IMG/VR virus record: IMGVR_UViG_3300023710_000192
DNA: 64,000 nucleotides
Strand: one strand, 5' to 3'
From: a virus
Lineage: Duplodnaviria; Heunggongvirae; Uroviricota; Caudoviricetes
Positions 38,194-47,005 of this stretch are shown piece after piece (positions within the stretch are counted from its first letter, which is position 1; every line of letters starts with the position of its first letter). Made by a program: the position numbers and the translations under genes. Under the pieces are notes generated by a model. It ran no database searches and was not told the origin of the DNA. It worked only from the letters and a program-made list of their open reading frames with translations.

Positions 38194-38825
38194 TTAAAAC
38201 ACTATATTCAACATTCCAACATTGGTCAAAATCTGGCTCTGTATATATAATCAGCGACACACATTTCGAAGATTCTGATTGTGAATTAATGGATCCTGAG
38301 TGGGTAACACCGCAAGAGCAAGTTGATATAATCAACAAAATTGTTAGAAAAACAGATACATTAATACATCTTGGAGATGTTGGCAATCCTGAATGGATAA
38401 AGAAGATTAAGGCTGATTATAAAGTTCTTATAATGGGTAATCATGATGTTGGTGCTTCGAAATATAAAGAATATTTTGATGAGATATATACCGGGCCTTT
38501 GTTTATTGCAGACAAGATATTGTTGTCGCATGAACCAATTCCGGGGATAAGTTTTGCTCTTAATATACATGGGCATAATCATGTAAGTCAGTTGCCTATG
38601 GGTAAAGTTGGTGAATACAATTTTACGATGGCCGATGTTAATACACACATTAACCTCGCTGCTAATGTTTGTGGGTATACGCCAAAGAGTTTAAGTAAGA
38701 TTATTGATAGTGGTGCTTTGAAGAATATTTCAAGTATTCATAGACAGACAATTGATTTGGCAGGATTGAGAAAACGATTTAAAGAGTTGGATGGGAAAGG
38801 TTTAGAGGTAGAAATTGATCGATAA
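38190..38825 (+). CDS. calcineurin-like metallophosphoesterase
   Basis: YIISDTHFED ... IHLGDVGN ... LIMGNHDVG ... GHNHV: the D-x-H / GD / GNHD / GH-H motifs of the MPP superfamily. Confidence 0.7.
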   Translation: MIKTLYSTFQHWSKSGSVYIISDTHFEDSDCELMDPEWVTPQEQVDIINKIVRKTDTLIHLGDVGNPEWIKKIKADYKVLIMGNHDVGASKYKEYFDEIYTGPLFIADKILLSHEPIPGISFALNIHGHNHVSQLPMGKVGEYNFTMADVNTHINLAANVCGYTPKSLSKIIDSGALKNISSIHRQTIDLAGLRKRFKELDGKGLEVEIDR

Positions 38826-39113
38826 GTAACAATTAATTTATCGTATTAACATTTAAATTGTTATTATAATTGATTAAATGTGATTATATACACCAATAAA
38901 AACTATGTTTTATAAGGAGTGTGGTTGATATGAATGAGTTTAATGATGAGGAAAAGGAACTAATAAAGAAACTATTAAATATAGGGGAAACCATAGTTAA
39001 ATCAAGTGATTCGTTTTTTATTGATGAAATTGATTTTGACATAGAACAAATAAATGCCCTAGCAAAGAAACTTGACGATTATTAATAGTAAAAATTGAGT
39101 AAAGGAGTGACTC

Positions 39114-39620
39114 ATGGATAAAATAGCAATGCGACTTATGCTGCTTGTGTTGATTTTACTAATACCAGTAAAAGCACAGGCAGCGGAAACAAAAAAAATA
39201 CAGTATATTACAACTGAATCAGGGTTTGAAAAACAAATAATTGGGTATAAATATAAGTGGAAAAAAGTAAAGGTTAAAAAACAGAAAAAGAAATATTTAG
39301 GCAAGTTTACTCTTACATATTATTGTTCATGCTCAAGGTGTGGTGGTGGTAGAACTGCAACCGGGACAAAGCCTAAAGCAGATAAAACAATAGCAGTTGA
39401 TCCGAGGGTTATACCTTATGGTTCCAAAGTAAAAATAGGCAAGAAAACATATATTGCCGAAGATTGCGGTGGTGCAATAAAGAACAAACGTATTGATGTG
39501 TTTGTTTCAAGTCACGATGAAGCTTTGAAACTCGGAGTAACACGCAAAAAGGTATGGTTAATTTATACAGTTACTAAAACTAAGAAAGTGAGGGTAAAAT
39601 GTCCTATATACGAAAAATAA
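39114..39620 (+). CDS. secreted 3D-domain protein (MltA/RlpA-like cell-wall-acting domain)
   Basis: signal peptide MDKIAMRLMLLVLILLIPVKAQA; FTLTYYCSCSRCGGGRTATGTKPKADKTIAVDPRVIPYGSKV...DCGGAIKNKRIDVF 3D-domain signature with conserved Asp residues. Confidence 0.65.
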   Translation: MDKIAMRLMLLVLILLIPVKAQAAETKKIQYITTESGFEKQIIGYKYKWKKVKVKKQKKKYLGKFTLTYYCSCSRCGGGRTATGTKPKADKTIAVDPRVIPYGSKVKIGKKTYIAEDCGGAIKNKRIDVFVSSHDEALKLGVTRKKVWLIYTVTKTKKVRVKCPIYEK

Positions 39621-40765
39621 TATTATTTATACTAATTTTGTTACCTTGTTGTAAATGTCATGCGACAGAAACAAGTTTGTTAAATAAGTCGTTTACGGAA
39701 TGGAGTAATCCATATACAAACTCGGTGAGGCGAGAGAATGTTTTTACTTATGAGTTAATTGGTACATTTAATGCAACGGCATATTGTGGCTGTGCTCAAT
39801 GTTGTGGTAGAGCTGGTGGAAATACCGCCAGCGGAACAGTTCCACAATCAAATTATACAATAGCTGCAGATACAAGTGTATTGCCGTTTGGTACAGAGGT
39901 TTATATTAATGGTAATAAATATGTTGTTGAGGATACTGGTGGAGCAATTAAAAGTAATAGAATAGATATATTTTTTGGTTCACATTCAGATGCCTTAGCA
40001 TACGGAAGAAGAAATGAGAAATTATATAAGAAAGGACATAAGGTGATAGTATTGAAAGAGATAACATTTGACAATTATTTAAAGTTGACAGACAGATTAA
40101 TAAATAATAATTTTGGAACAAAGGTTAAAAACGAAAAAGGAGATATTGATTGGTACGATCCTTCAGGAGAAACAATAGTTTGCTCAAGGGGAAAGAAATA
40201 TTATTTTAACGACGAAAAATACGAAAACAATAGTACCGGTAATGTTATTAAAAAGATATATGTACTTAATGGCAGTGGACGTAGCGGCAAGGATAGTATG
40301 TGTAACTTTGTTGCCGATGAATATGAAGATGACGACTTTATGGTTGTTAATATATCAAGTGTTGATCAGATTAAGCAGTGTGCGAAATTATTAGGATGGA
40401 ATCCTACATCTAAAACAGAGTTGGATAGAAGATTTTTAAGCGACTTAAAAGACTTGGCAACTAACTATAACGACTCTCCATTCAATTACGAAAAGAAAAG
40501 AATAGAAGATTTTTTGAAATCTGCTAAACAAGGAATAATGTTTATTCATATACGAGAACCTGAAGAAATAAGAAAACTTGTAGAGCAGTATCCACAGATA
40601 GAAACAATATTAGTAACCAATCCTAAAGCAGTTGAGATTACTGGTAATCATGCAGATAAGTTTGTCAATGAATATCAGTACGATCATTACTTAAGTAACG
40701 ACGGTACTTTAGATGATTGGAAGAATACTTGCATAGAGTTTGTACGAATGTCGTTGAGTAAATAG
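39599..40765 (+). CDS. secreted 3D-domain protein fused to a C-terminal P-loop kinase-like domain
   Basis: signal peptide; second 3D domain (FNATAYCGCAQCCGRAGGNTASG...DTGGAIKSNRIDIF); C-terminal VLNGSGRSGKDS Walker-A variant like T4-type dNMP kinase (GxKRSGKDT). Confidence 0.55.
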   Translation: MSYIRKIILFILILLPCCKCHATETSLLNKSFTEWSNPYTNSVRRENVFTYELIGTFNATAYCGCAQCCGRAGGNTASGTVPQSNYTIAADTSVLPFGTEVYINGNKYVVEDTGGAIKSNRIDIFFGSHSDALAYGRRNEKLYKKGHKVIVLKEITFDNYLKLTDRLINNNFGTKVKNEKGDIDWYDPSGETIVCSRGKKYYFNDEKYENNSTGNVIKKIYVLNGSGRSGKDSMCNFVADEYEDDDFMVVNISSVDQIKQCAKLLGWNPTSKTELDRRFLSDLKDLATNYNDSPFNYEKKRIEDFLKSAKQGIMFIHIREPEEIRKLVEQYPQIETILVTNPKAVEITGNHADKFVNEYQYDHYLSNDGTLDDWKNTCIEFVRMSLSK

Positions 40766-40774
40766 TAAAAATTG

Positions 40775-40803
40775 TTGACATTAGTGATAAGATGTGATAA
40801 TAT
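40775..40803 (+). promoter_or_regulatory. sigmaA-type promoter TTGACA-17-TAATAT with TAGTAAAAATTG upstream
   Basis: consensus spacing; precedes the 40824 gene. Confidence 0.55.
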
Positions 40804-40823
40804 ACAGAATGTGAGGTGATTTA

Positions 40824-41285
40824 ATGTATAACAGAAAAAAACAAGTAAACTCTGCATTTAGCAAATATTATACCAAAAATATATTTAAGATAATCAAATA
40901 CTTCTTTCGAGATTTAAAGTTTTGTTGTCAGAGAATTAAATATGGTTGGTGTGAAAAGGACTGTTGGTCGATAGACACATGGTTTCTTGGAATTATGCCT
41001 GATATGATAAGACACCTCAGAGATAATAAATGTGGGCATCCGGCTGATTTAACTGAAGAAGAGTGGGATAACATTCTTGATACTCTTATAGTATTGTTTA
41101 ATGAAGCTGACGAAGATAACTGTCAACGGATGAAAAATGAATATGAAGATGCATTAAGTAAAAAAGATCCTGAAATATATCATAAGTATTTTGAACGAGA
41201 AAAAGAGATTTTTCAATATAGGAACGAATGTAAAGATAAAGGATTTAAAACGTTTTCAAAATACTTTTGGAATTTATGGGATTAA
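40824..41285 (+). CDS. Cys/Trp-rich hypothetical protein
   Basis: GTGAGGTG RBS. Confidence 0.45.
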   Translation: MYNRKKQVNSAFSKYYTKNIFKIIKYFFRDLKFCCQRIKYGWCEKDCWSIDTWFLGIMPDMIRHLRDNKCGHPADLTEEEWDNILDTLIVLFNEADEDNCQRMKNEYEDALSKKDPEIYHKYFEREKEIFQYRNECKDKGFKTFSKYFWNLWD

Positions 41286-41317
41286 ATAGTAAAAATTGAT
41301 AGGAGATAGTGTAAAAT

Positions 41318-41922
41318 ATGAAAGGTAAAGATTGGATTGGTAATAAACCTGCTGTTTTTACAACATTGGCAGCAAGTAATCATAGTAATAATCAAAGAGC
41401 AGACAGGGATTTTTATGCAACCGAACCTCGTGCTTTAGATGTTTTATTTGACGAGGGGGGGTGAAACTTGACACAAATATTCTTGAACCTTCTGCCGGTA
41501 ATGGACATTTAGCAGAGGTACTTAAAAATCATGGATATAGCGTTACTTGTAAAGACATAGTACAAAGAGATTACCCACTTGATGCCACATGGGATTTCTT
41601 AAAAACAGAGGAAAAGTGGCATGGCGATATAGTAATGAATCCACCATATAAAGATGCTCTTAAACATGTTGAAAAAGCAATAGATATAATTCAACCGGGG
41701 CATAAGGTATTAGCATTCTTAAAACTTCAGTTTTTGGAGGGTAAGAAGCGTAGAAGATTTTTTGAAACAAAACAGTTAAAAACAGTATATGTGTCAACCT
41801 CAAGATTAAATTGTGCAAACAATGGTAACTTTGAAAAATTCGAATCTTCAGCAGTGTGCTATGCGTGGTTTGAATGGGAAAAGGGATTTAATGGTGATCC
41901 GATTATTAAATGGATTAATTAA
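41318..41922 (+). pseudogene. small N6-adenine DNA methyltransferase split by a frameshift in a G7 homopolymer (in frame with G8)
   Basis: upstream piece MKGKDW...DRDFYATEPRALDVLFDEGG stops at TGA right after GGGGGGG (41455..41461); downstream piece (GTG 41461) carries motif I EPSAGNGH and motif IV NPPY; inserting one G fuses them as ...DEGGVKLDTNILEPSAGNGH... Confidence 0.6.
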
Positions 41923-41933
41923 AAGGAGGAATT

Positions 41934-42167
41934 ATGAAACCGGTTGTAGGAAAAAAATATTTATACGAGGGTACAGATAGATATGTAACAGACAGATATT
42001 TAACACCAATGAAATTGTCTGGTACGCATATATTAATAAAAACAAGAGATAGTATTTGGGATAGACTTAATGGACGTTCAATGTATATGGTTACTGATCT
42101 TGGTGTCGAGGTTAATATTGGGCGTGGCTCATATATAGAAGAAAAATGTTTAAAGGAGATTGAATAG
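41934..42167 (+). CDS. hypothetical protein
   Basis: AAGGAGG RBS. Confidence 0.45.
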   Translation: MKPVVGKKYLYEGTDRYVTDRYLTPMKLSGTHILIKTRDSIWDRLNGRSMYMVTDLGVEVNIGRGSYIEEKCLKEIE

Positions 42168-42358
42168 TGATACGAGTAGAAAATAATTGCGTATGTTGTG
42201 CGTTACCTTGTATTCACTGTGAAAGAGGCAGAGATAGATTAGTTCATTATTGTGACGAGTGTAACTGTACGGCTGACGTATTGTATGTATATGATACCGA
42301 AGAATTATGTGAAGAGTGTTTACTTAATAGATTTGAGATAGTTGATCAGGAGGAGTAG
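42167..42358 (+). CDS. Cys-rich zinc-ribbon-like small protein
   Basis: CVCCALPCIHC...CDECNC. Confidence 0.4.
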   Translation: MIRVENNCVCCALPCIHCERGRDRLVHYCDECNCTADVLYVYDTEELCEECLLNRFEIVDQEE

Positions 42359-42362
42359 TAGT

Positions 42363-42530
42363 ATGAATCCAGTTTTTATCTTATTAGTATTAATTGGTGC
42401 GGTAGCATTATGGTTCTTATTGTCTTTTGTATTTTTGCCATTAGGAAAATTCATTTACAGAATTGGTAAAGATGCAACAGATGCTATAAATAAAGATAAT
42501 AATGATGAAGAAAAGGAGAAAGAATTATGA
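42363..42530 (+). CDS. small single-pass membrane protein
   Basis: MNPVFILLVLIGAVALWFLLSFVFL TM segment; CAGGAGGAG RBS. Confidence 0.4.
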   Translation: MNPVFILLVLIGAVALWFLLSFVFLPLGKFIYRIGKDATDAINKDNNDEEKEKEL

Positions 42531-43453
42531 AAAAAGGTTATTTAGGCGGAGTTACTTTAGGAGTAATTATCGTATTGGCACTTATTATTTTAGGTTTATC
42601 CGCAGAGAGAGTACCAGCGGGATATGTAGGAGTTGTATATAACATGTCAACTGGCGTATCTGATGAAACATTATCACAAGGCTGGCATTTAATACCACCA
42701 ACAAAGAGAGTTACTTTGTATTCAATAGGTATTGAACAGTCATATCTTACTTCGACAGAAGATGGTGATTCTAAGGGTGATGATAGTTTTTCAGCACCTT
42801 CCAGTGATGGTAAAGGATTGCAGATGGAGTTAACGTTTACATATAGATATGATTCAGAAAAGATTGCTGATACATTTACAAGATTTAAAGGTCGTGACGG
42901 TAAAGAGTTACTCAATAGTTTTATTAAGCCTAATATTATCAGTTGGACTAAAGAAGTAACTGCAAAATATCCAGTTACAGATATTCTTGGAGAAAAGAGA
43001 GCTGAACTTAATACAGTTCTTTCCGAGTATTTAGCAGAAAAGTTCAAACCTTATGGGATTATTATTGAAAATGCTTCATTGATCAATATTGAAGTAGATA
43101 AAGAAACCAAAAAGAGTATTACTAATAAGGTTAAAGCGCAGCAAGAATTGGAACTTGCGAAGATTGAGTCTCAGACGGCTCAGATTCAGGCCGAAAAAGA
43201 TAAACAAGTTGCACTTATCGAAGCAGAAAAGAACAAGGAAACGGCTCAGATTCAAGCAGAGCAGGCCAAGATTAAGGCTCAGGGTGAAGCAGATGCTAAG
43301 AAGATTGCTGCAGATGCAGAAGCACAGGCTAATAAAAAGATTTCAGAATCACTTACACCAGAACTCATTGAAAAGTTTAAGTATGATAAATGGGATGGTC
43401 AGGTTAGTAAGATTACTGGAAACACAACACCTATCGTAAGAGTTGATGAATAA
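42527..43453 (+). CDS. SPFH/band-7 (prohibitin/HflK-like) membrane protein with coiled-coil tail
   Basis: N-terminal TM, then ERVPAGYVGVVYNMSTG... typical SPFH core, then AQ/KE-rich coiled coil; ATGA coupling with the upstream small TM protein. Confidence 0.65.
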   Translation: MKKGYLGGVTLGVIIVLALIILGLSAERVPAGYVGVVYNMSTGVSDETLSQGWHLIPPTKRVTLYSIGIEQSYLTSTEDGDSKGDDSFSAPSSDGKGLQMELTFTYRYDSEKIADTFTRFKGRDGKELLNSFIKPNIISWTKEVTAKYPVTDILGEKRAELNTVLSEYLAEKFKPYGIIIENASLINIEVDKETKKSITNKVKAQQELELAKIESQTAQIQAEKDKQVALIEAEKNKETAQIQAEQAKIKAQGEADAKKIAADAEAQANKKISESLTPELIEKFKYDKWDGQVSKITGNTTPIVRVDE

Positions 43454-43456
43454 ATA

Positions 43457-43497
43457 ATTTACCTACGGTAGTTGTCAAAGGCTACCGTAGGATTTTC
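43457..43497 (+). terminator. rho-independent terminator
   Basis: perfect 10-bp inverted repeat CCTACGGTAG-N10-CTACCGTAGG followed by ATTTT. Confidence 0.6.
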
Positions 43498-43509
43498 GAG
43501 GAGTGTTAT

Positions 43510-43866
43510 ATGGATAAGATAGAATATTGGGTTGAAGATGATGGATGTTATTTTACTCCCGGCGGTGATCCGCTATGGAGTTGTCCAAGATGTGGCAACG
43601 GTAAACATGTTTATGGGATAGAATCACCTTACAGAGAGAACAAGTGTAAAGATTGCGGGTTAGAATTAAGGTATCCGAGCGATGACAAATGCGTAAATTG
43701 CAAGTATTTTCATAGACTGAAATGTGATTTTAAAACAGGTTGGGGATTTAAAGAATCATCTTGTTGTATAGCATTAACCAGATGTAATGAGGATATTGAT
43801 GATTATGATTCGTTTGTTGTTGAATGTAGAGAAAATGATCGTTGTGAAATGTTTAGTAAGAGGTAA
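43510..43866 (+). CDS. multi-CxxC zinc-finger protein
   Basis: CPRCGNGKH...CKDCG...CVNCKY... Confidence 0.45.
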   Translation: MDKIEYWVEDDGCYFTPGGDPLWSCPRCGNGKHVYGIESPYRENKCKDCGLELRYPSDDKCVNCKYFHRLKCDFKTGWGFKESSCCIALTRCNEDIDDYDSFVVECRENDRCEMFSKR

Positions 43867-43869
43867 TTA

Positions 43870-44174
43870 TGTTGGATTTTGAGATTAAACTACCCACGAT
43901 GCTAAAGCATCGGGGATTTTGATAGCCTTCGGCTGTTAGTATCCCAAGTTTAATAGCCTAAGTTCTTCGAGAGCTACGTTAAGAGAGAATATATAGTTAC
44001 CTACGGATATAGTACCAAGTCTGTAGCTCTAAGGTCTGTGATTAAACAATCCTGTTGGGTAGGGATAGTGTTGCAGATATATAAAACCTCTCATTAACAT
44101 TGGCGATGGTACGCTTAACCACTCTTCGGAGTGAGTAATTAACTCTTAATTGAGTTGGAAAGGAGACGGACTTT
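43870..44174 (+). ncRNA. candidate omega-RNA (OMEGA guide RNA) of IscB
   Basis: about 300-nt ORF-free, hairpin-rich leader immediately 5' of iscB (GATGC-TAAA-GCATC, GCC-TTCG-GC, CACTC-TTCG-GAGTG tetraloop hairpins), which is where IscB omega-RNAs are known to be encoded. Confidence 0.55.
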
Positions 44175-45419
44175 ATGGTTTACGTCTTAAACCAAAACGG
44201 ACAACCTTTAATGCCTACGGAAAACCATGCTAAAGTCCGTATTCTGTTAAAACAAAGAAAGGCAAAGGTTATTAAGAAATGTCCGTTTACGATACAACTG
44301 TTATATAGTAGCACGAATTATACTGGAGAGATTACTTTAGGCATAGATAGTGGAAGTAAGCATATCGGTCTTTCGGCAACTACAAAAGACAAAGTATTAT
44401 TCGAGTCTGATGTAGAACTACGAAACGATATAGTAGATTTACTTTCTACACGTAGGCAAAACCGTAGAACACGAAGAAATCACAAAACCAGATACCGTAA
44501 ACCTCGTTTTAATAATCGAAAGCGTAAAGACGGTTGGTTGGCACCTTCGGTTCAAAACAAGGTAGATAGTCACTTAACCGTTATCCGCAGAGTACACGAA
44601 ATCTTACCTGTCAGTAAGATTGTTGTAGAAGTAGTAAGTTTCGACATACAAAAGATTAAAAATCCTGCAATAAGCGGTGTTGATTATCAGCAAGGCGAAC
44701 AGTTAGGCTTTTGGAATGTTAGGGAATACGTTTTCTTCCGTGACGGACATCGGTGCCGGTGCTGTAAAGGTAGGTCAAAAGATAAAATACTCAATGTTCA
44801 CCATATAGAAAGTCGTAAAACAGGAGGTAACGCTCCTAACAACTTAATTACGCTTTGTGAGACTTGTCATAAGGGGCATCACAAAGGAACTGTAAAATTA
44901 CCAAAGACTATCAAGCGTGGCATGAGTTTTAAAGATGCTACTTTTATGGGAATTATGCGATGGGCTTTCTACAATAAACTAAAAGAAATCTATCCTAATG
45001 TTAGTCTAACTTATGGTTATATCACAAAGAACATAAGAATAGAAAATGGTTTACCAAAAGATCACCATATAGATGCACGTTGTATTAGCGGAAATCCATT
45101 GGCATCATCGGATGGTACAGTATATTATCAAAAGAAAGTAAGATGTCACAATCGTCAAATACATAAGAATACTATTCTTAAAGGTGGCATCAGAAAGCGT
45201 AATCAAGCGGAATACGAAATTAAAGGATACAGATTATTTGATACTGTAGCCTATAAAGGTAATATCTATACTATATTCGGCAGAAGAAAAAGTGGTTTCT
45301 TTGATATTCGTACTATTGATGGTATAAAAGTAAACAAAGGCTCTGTGAGCTGTAAGAAACTACGGCTTATTCAACCGAATAGTAACTATTTAATCGAGTT
45401 TAGGAAACAAGCTGTTTAG
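44175..45419 (+). CDS. iscB: IscB, IS200/IS605-family OMEGA RNA-guided nuclease (RuvC + HNH, Cas9 ancestor family)
   Basis: PLMD domain MVYVLNQNGQPLMPTENHAKVRILLKQRKAKV; RuvC-I ITLGIDSGSKHIGLS; Arg-rich bridge helix RRQNRRTRRNHKTRYRKPRFNNRKRK; HNH CRCCKG...NVHHIESRKTGGNAPNNLITLCETCH; RuvC-III DHHIDARCI; 414 aa. Confidence 0.8.
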   Translation: MVYVLNQNGQPLMPTENHAKVRILLKQRKAKVIKKCPFTIQLLYSSTNYTGEITLGIDSGSKHIGLSATTKDKVLFESDVELRNDIVDLLSTRRQNRRTRRNHKTRYRKPRFNNRKRKDGWLAPSVQNKVDSHLTVIRRVHEILPVSKIVVEVVSFDIQKIKNPAISGVDYQQGEQLGFWNVREYVFFRDGHRCRCCKGRSKDKILNVHHIESRKTGGNAPNNLITLCETCHKGHHKGTVKLPKTIKRGMSFKDATFMGIMRWAFYNKLKEIYPNVSLTYGYITKNIRIENGLPKDHHIDARCISGNPLASSDGTVYYQKKVRCHNRQIHKNTILKGGIRKRNQAEYEIKGYRLFDTVAYKGNIYTIFGRRKSGFFDIRTIDGIKVNKGSVSCKKLRLIQPNSNYLIEFRKQAV

Positions 45420-45560
45420 ACGGCTTGAGGGATTAGGGAAGGGCGGCTTTCCTCCCCTCTGCTAAAGCAAAGGGGTTTCCAGCCGTGGGTATATGAAATA
45501 ATTAGAAGTAAGGTAGAATCAAACGAAAAATGGCGGGAATGGTGTAAAAAAATAAAGCCA

Positions 45561-45821
45561 TTGAAATTTGATTCTAAAATAAATGTAACTATAATACCAC
45601 CATTTGCAGGAGCATTAACACGATTTGTATGTGATTATAATGGCAAGAGTGTTTCCGTATATTTCGACGGATATTCACAGTTGGGACATATGTATGAAGG
45701 AGAAGAGGCTATTCCTTATTATGAAGCATATCCTATAGATGGTTATAATCTACGATATTTATTAGGAGAAGAAGATTTGTTAATGGCAGATATTAAAAGA
45801 GAATTAGGTATAAGTGAATAA
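45561..45821 (+). CDS. hypothetical protein (TTG start)
   Basis: ORF directly after the IS-like element. Confidence 0.4.
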   Translation: MKFDSKINVTIIPPFAGALTRFVCDYNGKSVSVYFDGYSQLGHMYEGEEAIPYYEAYPIDGYNLRYLLGEEDLLMADIKRELGISE

Positions 45822-45854
45822 AACTACAATTTCATTATAAGATTGGAGGAACTT

Positions 45855-46289
45855 ATGAAACATAGAATTGGTGGATTACAAAACACATATATGGGATTAG
45901 GTGCCGACAATATTCCCTATGAACTCGACAATACATTTAGTGGCAATGAGAAATTAGATAAAGTTGCTCATGAAATGTTTGAGGTGGCATTAGAAACTAT
46001 TTGTAAAAAGAATGATATAGATGCTTTTGATTTTAAGGTAATAAGCGACAATAAGAGTTTTGATATAAAGTTTGGATATGAACCGGCTTATATGCATGAT
46101 CCGTATTTTATGATTTGTATAACAAGTTTTTATAAGGATAGTTACATTGCCAAGGGTGTAGCCAAAGGATATTACGGCAAAGATATTGAAATCACATATC
46201 ATAAAACAGCGGTAGATGAAGATCGAGATAAAGATTTCGGAGAATTTCTGGATGAGTGGTATCCAAAGTTATTAGAATGTTTTGAATAA
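45855..46289 (+). CDS. hypothetical protein
   Basis: ATG after TTGGAGG. Confidence 0.45.
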   Translation: MKHRIGGLQNTYMGLGADNIPYELDNTFSGNEKLDKVAHEMFEVALETICKKNDIDAFDFKVISDNKSFDIKFGYEPAYMHDPYFMICITSFYKDSYIAKGVAKGYYGKDIEITYHKTAVDEDRDKDFGEFLDEWYPKLLECFE

Positions 46290-46315
46290 AAGTAATTTTT
46301 TATGAGGAGGTTTTT

Positions 46316-46774
46316 ATGAGCTACAGGACATATGTTGAAGGTGTTCAAATATTTGGGAACAATGAATGTTATAAAAAGTGGATTAACTTTATCGTTAAGG
46401 AAGGAATAAAGGTTGATGAAGATGAATGTTACGACGGATACATTTCTGATATTCAAGGCGCAGTTGAAGTAATCGAAGAAATTATTTTGGACATAGCAAA
46501 AGAAAGAAATGATATGAAACTCTGCAATATTTTTGATTTTACCGATATTTACAACGAAGAAGTTGAAGCCAGAAATAATAACGATTACAGTTTGAATTTA
46601 ACATATAGGCTTAAACATATTATGGATAACGGATATATATTTATGTCTAACAATTTTATTGAAGCTTGTGGGGATAAAGTTAGGAGTTATTTAGATTTTA
46701 AAGACAGTAGAAAAAGGACTGAATATTATAAACTTACCAATAACGATATAAAAATACATGTCGAAGCATATTAA
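46316..46774 (+). CDS. hypothetical protein
   Basis: GAGGAGG RBS. Confidence 0.45.
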   Translation: MSYRTYVEGVQIFGNNECYKKWINFIVKEGIKVDEDECYDGYISDIQGAVEVIEEIILDIAKERNDMKLCNIFDFTDIYNEEVEARNNNDYSLNLTYRLKHIMDNGYIFMSNNFIEACGDKVRSYLDFKDSRKRTEYYKLTNNDIKIHVEAY

Positions 46775-46789
46775 TCAAGGGGTGTGAGT

Positions 46790-46987
46790 ATGACAAAAGA
46801 AGAATACATAAACTCGTTTAAAATAGACAATTTAACGCCGCAATTAGAATGGAGTGAACCTAAGTTTGATTGCTCAGAGTGCGGCGGTGGTATGTGCAAA
46901 AATAATATGATTGTGTTAACGAGTAATCCACCACAATACCAATATCGTTGTAATAAATGTGGACATGTGGAGTATTTAAGATTTTAA
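46790..46987 (+). CDS. zinc-ribbon small protein
   Basis: CSECGGG...CNKCGH. Confidence 0.4.
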   Translation: MTKEEYINSFKIDNLTPQLEWSEPKFDCSECGGGMCKNNMIVLTSNPPQYQYRCNKCGHVEYLRF

Positions 46988-47005
46988 ATCAAGAAAGGAA
47001 ATAAT

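Larger units (their letters stand above)
43868..45500 (+). mobile_element. IS200/IS605-family-like non-autonomous insertion (IscB + omega-RNA, no tnpA) with similar subterminal hairpins at both ends
   Basis: left hairpin CCCACGATGC-TAAA-GCATCGGGG (43893..43915) and right hairpin CCCCTCTGC-TAAA-GCAAAGGGG nested inside CGGCT...AGCCG (45444..45486); the insertion is GC-richer than the flanks. Confidence 0.5.

Noticed and set aside
43155-43439. Arg-rich 94-aa alternative-frame ORF inside the SPFH gene
   Set aside because: It lies entirely within the well-supported SPFH reading frame, where it overlaps the AQ/KE coiled-coil coding region. It is low-complexity and has no RBS.
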